56,618 bases of DNA from a virus: the IMG/VR virus record IMGVR_UViG_3300045391_004489, one strand, 5' to 3'. How positions within the stretch are numbered: the stretch's first letter is position 1; each line of letters opens with the position of its first letter. The position numbers and the translations under genes are program-made. Positions 49,023 to 56,618 of the stretch are shown here, one piece after another. The notes under the pieces are model-generated. The model was given only the letters and a program-made list of their open reading frames with translations. It searched no databases and had not been told where the DNA came from.

Positions 49023-51545
49023 ATGATCTACGACAGCGCTTGCACCAAGTGCAAGTTGCATCGTGGCACCGAGTCCGTCTGCGACCCTGGTTTCGGCCAG
49101 GCGCAGGCGGACATTATGGTGGTGTCCAAGATGCCGAACGGCGACAGATACCAAGCCGCGCTCGAGGAGGACCTGGCTCAGGCAGGTGTGGATCTGGGGC
49201 GAATATACTGGGCGTCGGCGCTGAAGTGCCGAAACTTCGACGCCAATGCTAGCAACGCGGATGTCAAGGCATGTAAGCCCTACCTCGACGCTGAGATCGA
49301 GAAGGTTCAGCCCCGGTACATCCTCTCCCTGGGTAACGAGGCGCTCCTCGCGACGACGGGTCACAGTGGTATCACGAAGTGGCGCGGCAAACCCGTGGAG
49401 CTGGGCAACATGACCATCTTCCCGACCATCTCGCCGGCGGCTGTACTCGCCCGCCCTCAGAATCGCCCGGGCTACCAGGCCGACCTGAAGTTCTTCGCCA
49501 CGATGGCGAACGGTCAGCAAGCTGAGGGTGTGAAGGTGATCACGCCCGACACGATTCTGAGCAATGATGATCTGAGACTACTCAAGGTCAGATTGAAGGA
49601 CGCCAAGCTGGTGTACTTCGACATCGAGACTAACATCGTGCCGCTCCAGGAGTTCGACCCTCGCGCTCGGGTTATCTCGATGTGCGGCACATATGTCAGC
49701 GCCTCCACAGGCGAGGTGGGAGGCTTCAGGATTCCTCTGTATCACCCTGAATCGCCTTGGCGCACTCAGTGGCGATCTATGCTGCGGCACGTCGTGCCAA
49801 TCATGGCCAAGATCCCAATCCGCATCGCACACAACGGTAAGTTCGACTGCCGGTGGTTGCGTAAGCACAGCGGGGTCCACATCACTCTCACGTTCGACAC
49901 CATGATTGGTGTACACCTGCTGGACGAGAATGTGCAGAAGGGTCTTAAGCCACAGGGCACGATGAGACTCGGCGTCGCACCATGGGGTGTGGACACGAAA
50001 GACCTGCTCAGCATGCCGATCGAGGAGGTACTGGAGTACAACTTCCTCGACACTTTCTACGGCTACCTGATCTATCTGCAGGTACGCGAGGAGCTCATCG
50101 CTCAGCCCAGGTTGCTCCGGATCATGATGAAGTTGCTCATGCCGGCAAGCAACAATCTCACAACTGCGGAGGGTAACGGTGTCTGGCTTGACGTCGAGAG
50201 ACTTGCAGAACGTACCCCGATCGCCCAGGCTAAGCTCGATGAGATCGAGAACAAGGTTCGGGCTTACATTCCCGATCCCTCGATCGAGACCTGGCCCACG
50301 AACAAGGCTGGCAAGAAGGTGGAGGTTAATCTCAACGCGTCAATCTTCGCCAAGTGGTTACTCTTCGACCACCTCGGACTACCTGTACTGGCTCGAGGTA
50401 AGGAGAAGCCTGACGGCCGGCCGGGCGACCCAAGCATGGCTGAGGGAGTACTACTCCTTCTCAACGACGTGCCCAAACCCCACCCCGTCGTGCAGACTAT
50501 GCTGGATCGCATCGAATGGCAGAAAGCTATGTCGTCGTTCTTCGGTCCCTATTCGGGTCTGTACGACGAGAACCAGAAAGTCCACACATCCTTCAAGCTT
50601 ACCGGCACTGTCACCGGCCGACTTAGCAGTGGCAAGGAGGATGCTTCAAAACTTAGTGGACGCACTTCGTCTATTCGGGGAGTCAATCTTCAGCAAGTTC
50701 CCCGCGATCCATTCATCCGCGGTCTCTTCGGTGCAAGTCCAGGTCGTACCTGGATTGAGGCCGACTTCTCTCAAGTTGAGCTTAGGGTCGCTGCCTTCTG
50801 TGCTAAAGAACGGACGATGATCTCGCTCTATCAGCAGGGCGCAGACATCCACATGGTTACGGCCATGCGCATGACAGGCAAGGCAGCGAAGAACATCACC
50901 AAAGAGGAACGGAAGAAGGCCAAGCCGGTGAACTTCGGCTTCCTCTACGGTATGGGGTGGCTGAAGTTCATCGTCACCGCGTTCAACAACTATGGGGTGA
51001 AGTTCAGCGAGGCAGAAGCGAAGGCTTACCGTAAGGCATACTTCGATCTGTACCCCGATCTGCTCGCCTGGCACGAACGTCAGCGACGACTCGTACATTA
51101 CAACGCTCGGGTGCAGTCGCCGATCGGCCGAGTACGTCACCTGCCGGACATCAACTCCCCCGATCCAAAGGTGCGTGCAGAGGCTGAGCGTCAGGCCATC
51201 AACTCTCCCGTACAGGGGTTGGCCAGCGACATGGCCTTGGCCGGGATGAATTTGTTCGTTGAGAGGTTGACAACCGAGGGTCTGTCGGATAAGGTCTCAG
51301 TACTGGGCCTTGTTCACGACGCCATCAATATCGAGGCTGATGACGACGTCGCGGGCCGGGCCATGGTACTGCTGAAGGAGTCGATGGAGGACATGGACAA
51401 CATGCGGAGGCTGTTCGGCCTCGACATGACCGTGCCTATCGTCGCCGACGTCAAGGTGGGCCGACACTGGGGTGACTCGGTCGAACTCACCGAGGAGCAG
51501 GTCTACGACTTCACCACACTCGACAAGATGGGATTAGTTGCATGA
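49023..51545 (+). CDS. Family A DNA polymerase with 3'-5' exonuclease and N-terminal degenerate UDG-family-4-like domain
   Basis: Exo I VYFDIETN; motif A DFSQVELRVAAF; motif B RKKAKPVNFGFLYG; motif C LVHDAI; N-terminus CTKCKL...ADIMVVSKMPNG...KC...LGNEAL...PTISPAAVL. Confidence 0.92.
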   Translation: MIYDSACTKCKLHRGTESVCDPGFGQAQADIMVVSKMPNGDRYQAALEEDLAQAGVDLGRIYWASALKCRNFDANASNADVKACKPYLDAEIEKVQPRYILSLGNEALLATTGHSGITKWRGKPVELGNMTIFPTISPAAVLARPQNRPGYQADLKFFATMANGQQAEGVKVITPDTILSNDDLRLLKVRLKDAKLVYFDIETNIVPLQEFDPRARVISMCGTYVSASTGEVGGFRIPLYHPESPWRTQWRSMLRHVVPIMAKIPIRIAHNGKFDCRWLRKHSGVHITLTFDTMIGVHLLDENVQKGLKPQGTMRLGVAPWGVDTKDLLSMPIEEVLEYNFLDTFYGYLIYLQVREELIAQPRLLRIMMKLLMPASNNLTTAEGNGVWLDVERLAERTPIAQAKLDEIENKVRAYIPDPSIETWPTNKAGKKVEVNLNASIFAKWLLFDHLGLPVLARGKEKPDGRPGDPSMAEGVLLLLNDVPKPHPVVQTMLDRIEWQKAMSSFFGPYSGLYDENQKVHTSFKLTGTVTGRLSSGKEDASKLSGRTSSIRGVNLQQVPRDPFIRGLFGASPGRTWIEADFSQVELRVAAFCAKERTMISLYQQGADIHMVTAMRMTGKAAKNITKEERKKAKPVNFGFLYGMGWLKFIVTAFNNYGVKFSEAEAKAYRKAYFDLYPDLLAWHERQRRLVHYNARVQSPIGRVRHLPDINSPDPKVRAEAERQAINSPVQGLASDMALAGMNLFVERLTTEGLSDKVSVLGLVHDAINIEADDDVAGRAMVLLKESMEDMDNMRRLFGLDMTVPIVADVKVGRHWGDSVELTEEQVYDFTTLDKMGLVA

Positions 51546-52594
51546 CCACGATGACAATCACTACGAAGGGAGGCTTCAAGAATCCACTCAGCGTGATCGA
51601 GCGGCGGTGGCTCAAGGTGTGGACCTTGGGCCACGTTGTTTTGCTCTCCACGATCTACATGCTGGACTCGATGAGCCACCGTACCTTCGACCAGACCATC
51701 CAGGCCTGGGACGCCAACATCTTTCAGAACATCGCTCGCTACGGTTACTTCGAACATCAGTCCACACCTCACAGTGTCGCCTTCTTCCCCGGCCTGCCAG
51801 TTATCCTGGGTCTAACCAAGAACTTCACCGCGGGCAACTGGGTGGTGGCTGAACTGTTGATCGCTTATGTATCTGGATCGATCGCGCTAGTGGGCCTCGC
51901 CCGACTTCATCCCGCCGCTCCCAAGTTCATGCTCATGTCTCCCGCAACCATCTTTTTGATGCTCGGGTATAGTGAATCGCCCTATCTTGCCTTTGCAGTG
52001 TGGGCATGGTACCACACCAGGCGGCGTCACTACTGGGCTGCGGGATGGTTGCTCGCCGGCGCATGCTCACTTCGTGTGGAGGGTCTGTTTCTGTGGATCT
52101 CACTTATGTTGATGGGCAAATCGGTCAAGCTGATGATAGGGCTTATCACACCCCTCCTCTACGAGCTGTTCCTCTTCGTCCACACCCACGACTGGCTGGC
52201 CTGGAGTCATGCAGAGGCTGCCGGTTGGAACCGCCGCACCGAGTGGCCATGGGATACCTGGGAGGCCTCATGGCACTACGCGGGGTGGGCTGGCGGATCA
52301 TACGGCGGGGAGGAGAAAGTCGAGATCTTCTGCGCCATCGTCATGCTACTCTTCTGTATCATCTTCCTGATTGACAAAGACTGGCCCTCTCTGGTATACT
52401 GCTGTATCACGATGATGACGCTAACTACCTCTGACTTCTACATGAGCATCCCGCGGGCACTGCTCGTAGTCTTTCCCATCTGGGTCAGGCTGGCACGGTC
52501 GAGAGAGACTGTGCGCTGGGGATGGTTGTCGGTAGCCGCGCCTGTCATGGTGATGATCAGTTACTTCTACCTGACAGGACAGTGGGCTGGATGA
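51542..52594 (+). CDS. Polytopic membrane GT-C glycosyltransferase (PIG-V/mannosyltransferase-like)
   Basis: WDANIFQNIARYGY...HSVAFFPGLPVILG signature followed by many TM helices. Confidence 0.7.
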   Translation: MTTMTITTKGGFKNPLSVIERRWLKVWTLGHVVLLSTIYMLDSMSHRTFDQTIQAWDANIFQNIARYGYFEHQSTPHSVAFFPGLPVILGLTKNFTAGNWVVAELLIAYVSGSIALVGLARLHPAAPKFMLMSPATIFLMLGYSESPYLAFAVWAWYHTRRRHYWAAGWLLAGACSLRVEGLFLWISLMLMGKSVKLMIGLITPLLYELFLFVHTHDWLAWSHAEAAGWNRRTEWPWDTWEASWHYAGWAGGSYGGEEKVEIFCAIVMLLFCIIFLIDKDWPSLVYCCITMMTLTTSDFYMSIPRALLVVFPIWVRLARSRETVRWGWLSVAAPVMVMISYFYLTGQWAG

Positions 52595-52794
52595 TCCACA
52601 CGATCGTGATGAACGCGAACGGCCGCAAGGTGTGGGAGGGTAGGCTGCCCCTCCTGGCTAAGGGTCAGCGCATCAACCTCGACGGCAGCTCCTACCAGGT
52701 TGTGGAGTCGGCCCTCGGCCTCTACACTCAGTCCTCCAACCAGGAGGATCCCGCTACCCTGCAGAGCGTGGTCATGGAGCGCACTCGTGACTAA
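52591..52794 (+). CDS. Hypothetical protein (67 aa)
   Basis: ATGA overlap with the glycosyltransferase stop. Confidence 0.5.
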   Translation: MIHTIVMNANGRKVWEGRLPLLAKGQRINLDGSSYQVVESALGLYTQSSNQEDPATLQSVVMERTRD

Positions 52795-53848
52795 CCTCTA
52801 CGTCGACCCGGAGATCGATGCGGAGGTGGTGACTCACTCCTCCCTGAAGGTCATGCGACGATGCCCGAAGCAATACGACTACAAGTACATCCAGCGACTG
52901 GCGCCAAAGCGACTCTCCAAGCCGCTCGAACGTGGTACCTGGATGCACGCTCTGCTGGAGGAACACCACTCCGGTCGGGACTGGCGGGCCGAGCACCTGC
53001 GTCGTAGTGCCAAGTTCAGCGATCTGCTGGACGAGGAGAAGGACTACTACGGCGATCTGCCCCTCGAGCTCGAAGCTCTGATGGAGGCTTATCTCTGGTA
53101 CTACGAGGACGATCCGGTCAGGTGCATCGAGACCGAGTACACCATCGAGACCGAGTTGCCCAACGGTGTAGTCTATCGGGGCAAGGTCGACGCCATCATG
53201 GAGGATCAGTTCGGCCTCTGGATTTGGGATCACAAGACCCACAAGAGTCTGCCCGATCTCAACTTCCGGCTGCTCGACGGTCAGTCCGCTCTCTATCTGT
53301 GGGCTGCCCTTCGTAAGGGTCTGGGCGTGCAGGGCTTCAAGTGGAACTACATACGCACAGTCGCTCCCTCGAAGCCCAAGGCCATCAAGGATGGCAGCCG
53401 ACTCTCCAAGGTGCTCGGCGACACAGACTACAAGACCTACAAGGCCGAAGTGCAACGGCTGATGCGCGTCGGCGAGCTGAGCAAGCGTCCCACAGACCTG
53501 GACAACATCAAGGCGACGCTGCGGTATCTGAAGCAGCAGAAGTATCGCCCGGGCGAGCCTCAGACCTCTCCGTTCTTCCGTCGCGACTCGCTCGAGAAGG
53601 GCGAGGAGATGCTTCACCGTGTGGCTATGGAGAACTACCACACCGTGCAGCGCATACAGCGATACCCCTTCCACAAGCAAGACTCCATCGAGCGTATGGT
53701 GGACCGGGGCTGCACCTACACCTGCAGCTTCGTCGACCTCTGCACTGTGGAGCTCATGGGGGGTAATCCGCGAGCTATCCGTATCAACAACTACAGGACG
53801 AAGGATCCGATGCACTACTACCAGGATGAGCGGGAGGGTTCGCGCTAG
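52787..53848 (+). CDS. Cas4/RecB-like PD-(D/E)XK exonuclease
   Basis: GKVDAIMED...IWDHKT nuclease motif; one N-terminal Cys (RRCPKQY) plus C-terminal CTYTCSFVDLC cluster. Confidence 0.8.
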   Translation: MTNLYVDPEIDAEVVTHSSLKVMRRCPKQYDYKYIQRLAPKRLSKPLERGTWMHALLEEHHSGRDWRAEHLRRSAKFSDLLDEEKDYYGDLPLELEALMEAYLWYYEDDPVRCIETEYTIETELPNGVVYRGKVDAIMEDQFGLWIWDHKTHKSLPDLNFRLLDGQSALYLWAALRKGLGVQGFKWNYIRTVAPSKPKAIKDGSRLSKVLGDTDYKTYKAEVQRLMRVGELSKRPTDLDNIKATLRYLKQQKYRPGEPQTSPFFRRDSLEKGEEMLHRVAMENYHTVQRIQRYPFHKQDSIERMVDRGCTYTCSFVDLCTVELMGGNPRAIRINNYRTKDPMHYYQDEREGSR

Positions 53849-54636
53849 TGCCTGCCAAAGACTACGAATCCATCGCTTCTCGGACCATCGTGAAGCCGTC
53901 CCAGATCAAGAAGATACCCCGTATACTGGTGTACGGCCGGAACAAGAAGGGCAAGTCCACCTTCGGCGCGTCGGCTCCCGATGTCCTGATCGCTGACCCG
54001 GAGCAGGGGTCGGTGTGGATGAAGGGACTCGATCCCGACATCTGGCCGCTGAACAGGTGGGAGGATCTCAACGATCTCTACTCCTATCTGCGACTCGGCA
54101 AGCACCCCTACAAGTGGGTGGTGCTTGACGGCCTGACTCGGATCAATGACATGGCGTTGGACTTCACCATGAAGATCCGCGAAGAGAAGGCTATCGACTC
54201 CCAGCCGGGCATGGTCGACCGTCGCGACTGGGGTCAGGCGGGTAAGGTGATGAAGACCATGATGGTCAACTTCTACAACCTGCCCAACATCGGCGTCATC
54301 TACACTGCGCAGGAGCGACCCCTCGAGCAGCAGGGTTCCGAAGCTGACGAAGAAGCCGAGGAGACTCCGATGGGGTTCGTCGCCGACCTGCCCAAGGGTT
54401 CTCGCGGCTCGATCAACTCCCTGGTCGACGTCATCGGGCGCATCTACGTCGTAGACGTAGATTACAACGGCACGACGAAGAAGCAGCGTCGACTGTGGCT
54501 GAGCGAGCACCCGCTGTATGACACCGGCGGACGCTCTGACCACGTGCTGCCCGATTACATCAAGAACCCGACCGTGCCCAAGCTTCTCGAGCTGCTCGAG
54601 ACCGGCAAGGTTCCCGTGCGCAAGCGCGCGCAGTAA
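53848..54636 (+). CDS. RecA-fold ATPase (AAA_24 / Sak4-like)
   Basis: Walker A VYGRNKKGKST, Walker B WVVLDGL; classic neighbour of a Cas4-like nuclease and a DUF669-like SSB. Confidence 0.8.
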   Translation: MPAKDYESIASRTIVKPSQIKKIPRILVYGRNKKGKSTFGASAPDVLIADPEQGSVWMKGLDPDIWPLNRWEDLNDLYSYLRLGKHPYKWVVLDGLTRINDMALDFTMKIREEKAIDSQPGMVDRRDWGQAGKVMKTMMVNFYNLPNIGVIYTAQERPLEQQGSEADEEAEETPMGFVADLPKGSRGSINSLVDVIGRIYVVDVDYNGTTKKQRRLWLSEHPLYDTGGRSDHVLPDYIKNPTVPKLLELLETGKVPVRKRAQ

Positions 54637-54701
54637 GATCCCGTTGACCGGTGCGATAGCATATAGACATCGCTCCACACCAAAGAGAGGTAATACCCGA
54701 C

Positions 54702-55343
54702 ATGGGAGCATCGAAGCAGAGTCTTGACTTCACCAACGTGAAGGAAGGCGGGGGTGCCTGGAACAAGAAGCGGCTCCCCGAGGGCGACCACCGTGCCCGC
54801 ATCACCAAGGTGCAGGACGGCAAGTCCAAGAAGTCCGGCGAGGCGATGTGGATCTACACCGTCGAGGTCAAGCACAGGGGCCAGGTCGGCACCTACGCAG
54901 TCTACATCGTTCTCAAGGAGGACAACCTCTGGAAGCTGCGGCTCCTGTTCGCGGCCGCCGGCATCGTCATACCCAAGAAGCGCATGTCGGTCGACCCCAA
55001 CCGCATCGTGGGTCGTGAGATCGGCGTGACGCTGGAGGACTCCGAGTACAACGGCCGCCTGCAGTCCGAGATCGCGACCATGATGCCAGTCTCCGAAGTC
55101 GCTACGGCCGAGACGGACGCTGACCAGGACGAGGACGAGGACGAGGACGAGGCCACCGACGAGGAGGAGTCGGAGGATGAGGAGACCTCGGACGACGAGG
55201 AGGAAGAGGAAGAGGAGGAGGAGGAGCCCGAGCCGGCACCCAAGAAGAAGGCTGCCGCGAAGAAGGCTGCCGCTCCGGCCCCGAAGAAGAAGCGCGCCGT
55301 CCAGGACGACGATCTCGAGGAACTTGATCTCGAAGACGTCTGA
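54702..55343 (+). CDS. ssDNA-binding-like protein (DUF669-like) with poly-acidic/Lys-rich tail
   Basis: Position after the Sak4-like ATPase; long D/E run, KKKAAAKKAAA, terminal DDDLEELDLEDV. Confidence 0.65.
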   Translation: MGASKQSLDFTNVKEGGGAWNKKRLPEGDHRARITKVQDGKSKKSGEAMWIYTVEVKHRGQVGTYAVYIVLKEDNLWKLRLLFAAAGIVIPKKRMSVDPNRIVGREIGVTLEDSEYNGRLQSEIATMMPVSEVATAETDADQDEDEDEDEATDEEESEDEETSDDEEEEEEEEEEPEPAPKKKAAAKKAAAPAPKKKRAVQDDDLEELDLEDV

Positions 55344-55355
55344 CATGGCATGATG

Positions 55356-55384
55356 TTGACATAGGGATCGACCTATGCGATGAT
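55356..55384 (+). promoter_or_regulatory. Promoter (TTGACA-N17-GATGAT) with ~140-nt structured leader
   Basis: tgTTGACAtagggatcgacctatgcGATGAT; leader hairpins ggagct/agctcc and ccaccggt/accggtgg. Confidence 0.5.
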
Positions 55385-55530
55385 TGCTTAGCAGCCGTGA
55401 TGGAGCTGAGTGGGTAGCTCCTTTCACACCAGAAGGCCACCGGTACTCCTTTGCCTGGGGTGCGTCAACCGGTGGTCTTCTCGGTGTGTCGGGGTGATAT
55501 GATGAAAGCCCTAGAATGAACGGAGGAGAT

Positions 55531-55848
55531 ATGCCCAGCGGGCCTGAAACCCGACTGCAGCAGCGCATACAAAAGCGCCTGCGTGAGCTCGGTGTGTTCA
55601 ACTTCAAGATACACGGCTCGGCCCTCATGCCGGCGGGCCTGCCCGATCTGATCTGCTGCGTGGACGGCGCGTTCGTCGGCATGGAGGTCAAGCTTCCACA
55701 GACCAGGAACGACGTCTCGCCGAAGCAGCACTACCAGCATGGGGAGATCCGTAGGGCCAAGGGCATCGTGTATGTCGTCTGCTCGGTCAGCGACGCTGAG
55801 CAAGCGATCGAGCAGGTGCGCGACGCGATGCGCAAAAAGATGATTTAG
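55531..55848 (+). CDS. VRR-NUC domain nuclease (Holliday-junction-resolvase-like)
   Basis: GLPDLICCVDGAFVGMEVKLPQ (D...ExK); SD ggaggag; an alternative ATG lies at 55516. Confidence 0.8.
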   Translation: MPSGPETRLQQRIQKRLRELGVFNFKIHGSALMPAGLPDLICCVDGAFVGMEVKLPQTRNDVSPKQHYQHGEIRRAKGIVYVVCSVSDAEQAIEQVRDAMRKKMI

Positions 55849-55850
55849 GG

Positions 55851-55890
55851 AGCGCTGGGAAGAGCTTCCTATCGATGGGCACCCAGCGCT
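55851..55890 (+). terminator. Hairpin after the VRR-NUC gene
   Basis: agcgctggg / cccagcgct, 9-bp stem. Confidence 0.5.
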
Positions 55891-55965
55891 GCGATAAATG
55901 AGTAGCGCGACATGCTTGAAGCGCTCAGAGAAGCCTTAAGATCGATTATGCTCGACGACACACCG

Positions 55966-56002
55966 CGAAGCCCCGACTCGAGGAGAGTGAGCCGGGGCTT
56001 CG
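55966..56002. terminator. 10-bp perfect hairpin between convergent units
   Basis: cgaagccccg / cggggcttcg. Confidence 0.6.
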
Positions 56003-56022
56003 GGGTGTGGGATCGTGGTGGT

Positions 56023-56160
56023 CTAGGCGGGGCCGAGGTCCCTACCGCAGCCGGAGTTGCAGATTCGCCGGCCGGCGAGGATCACTTCTCGGGAGTGAGG
56101 GCAGTCTTCGTGGTCGTAGTCCCCCTGAGGAAAGGGGCGCGGGTTGTCCTTGGCGCCCAT
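56023..56160 (-). CDS. Possible 45-aa Cys/His micro-protein
   Basis: TGATG overlap with the upstream gene; MGAKDNPRPFPQGDYDHEDCPHSREVILAGRRICNSGCG... Confidence 0.35.
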   Translation of the reverse strand: MGAKDNPRPFPQGDYDHEDCPHSREVILAGRRICNSGCGRDLGPA

Positions 56161-56324
56161 CAGTAGTTGAAGGTACCGTCGGAGAGACCGGCCTTGAGCT
56201 GGTCCTTGTCGGTGTCGCTCAGCATGTCCCACTGGGTGCGGTAGTCCTTCAGCGAGTCGAACTTCTTGCCCTTGACCCCGTCCTGGTCGGTCTCGAACCA
56301 GGTCTTTATCTGGAGCAGCGTCAT
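56160..56324 (-). CDS. Hypothetical 54-aa protein (below the ORF-track cutoff)
   Basis: MTLLQIKTWFETDQDGVKGKKFDSLKDYRTQWDMLSDTDKDQLKAGLSDGTFNY; SD gagaggga; consensus promoter upstream; GC3-rich. Confidence 0.5.
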   Translation of the reverse strand: MTLLQIKTWFETDQDGVKGKKFDSLKDYRTQWDMLSDTDKDQLKAGLSDGTFNY

Positions 56325-56373
56325 CGTTGTCCCTCTCGGTTAAAGCGAGGCATCGCATTATCGCGATGAGTAA

Positions 56374-56402
56374 AGTATAGGGGCCGCTTGACGAGATGTC
56401 AA
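56374..56402 (-). promoter_or_regulatory. Promoter, leftward (TTGACA-N17-TATACT)
   Basis: Minus strand gcatTTGACAtctcgtcaagcggccccTATACTt; flanks nearly identical to promoter 168..196. Confidence 0.7.
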
Positions 56403-56548
56403 ATGCTATGTGGCGCCTCAGCCAGACACGGCAGAGCCCCCAGAGCGATAAGTCGGGGGGAGGAACTTATCGTCTGGGGGCCCTCTTCGCCGGGGAATCG
56501 CGTTGCCGGCGGGTCAGATGGTCCTCGGTGGGCTCGGACTCGTGGGTG

Positions 56549-56618
56549 AATCTTGTGGGCTGTGGGGGTTAGTGTGGCAGACCCGAAGGTGTGTAGTTCC
56601 TCGCCCGGGAAACTTCGC
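56549..56618. repeat. Direct terminal repeat, right copy
   Basis: Exact copy of bases 1-70; implies closed/complete genome (physical DTR or circular-assembly overlap). Confidence 0.95.

Noticed and set aside
1-56618. Temperate lifestyle, with the tRNA-like fragment read as attP
   Set aside because: No tyrosine or serine recombinase, excisionase or CI-like repressor module was recognised in any frame, so an attP interpretation lacks its enzyme.

Overview
The window is a complete or circularly closed ~56.5-kb genome of a high-GC tailed dsDNA phage; bases 1-70 recur exactly at 56549-56618. The tail genes are siphovirus-type. TTGACA/TAnnnT promoters, many leaderless mRNAs and GC3-rich codons point to an actinobacterial host. 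All function calls come from motif recognition by eye, and no database or folding search was run.

Layout:
(i) 541-4836: leftward early arm of about 13 small genes, many Cys/His-rich, with several near-consensus promoters. In circular form it continues across the genome end into two tiny genes at 56023-56324.
(ii) 4958-10307: rightward primase-polymerase/helicase followed by small ORFs.
(iii) 10308-11594: 1.3-kb lower-GC non-coding island with iteron-like repeats, an AT-rich tract, phased A-tracts and a perfect palindrome. It is a candidate origin or regulatory hub.
(iv) 11595-15208: cassette of mini-genes, most with their own consensus promoter (mostly leaderless) and several followed by a hairpin terminator.
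(v) 15604-18746: middle operon that includes a JAB/MPN peptidase and ThyX.
(vi) 18820-41119: virion and lysis module (fibre-like proteins, TerL, portal, scaffold, decoration protein, capsid, connectors, major tail, chaperones, tape measure, Dit, Tal with FN3 domains, holin-like protein, endolysin).
(vii) 41240-42413: leftward island with a stand-alone UDG-superfamily gene.
(viii) 42579-55848: replication and nucleotide module (SNF2 helicase, dNMP kinase, all-alpha NTP pyrophosphatase, two ThyA-fold proteins, dCMP deaminase, PolA with a degenerate N-terminal UDG-like domain, GT-C membrane glycosyltransferase, Cas4-like exonuclease, Sak4-like ATPase, SSB-like protein, VRR-NUC).

No integrase, CRISPR array or canonical tRNA was recognised.

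The most notable result is a T4-like dC-modification gene set built around a ThyA homologue with an Asn->Asp specificity switch. It is accompanied by a second divergent ThyA-fold protein, a ThyX and two UDG-superfamily modules, which together suggest non-canonical cytosine in virion DNA.
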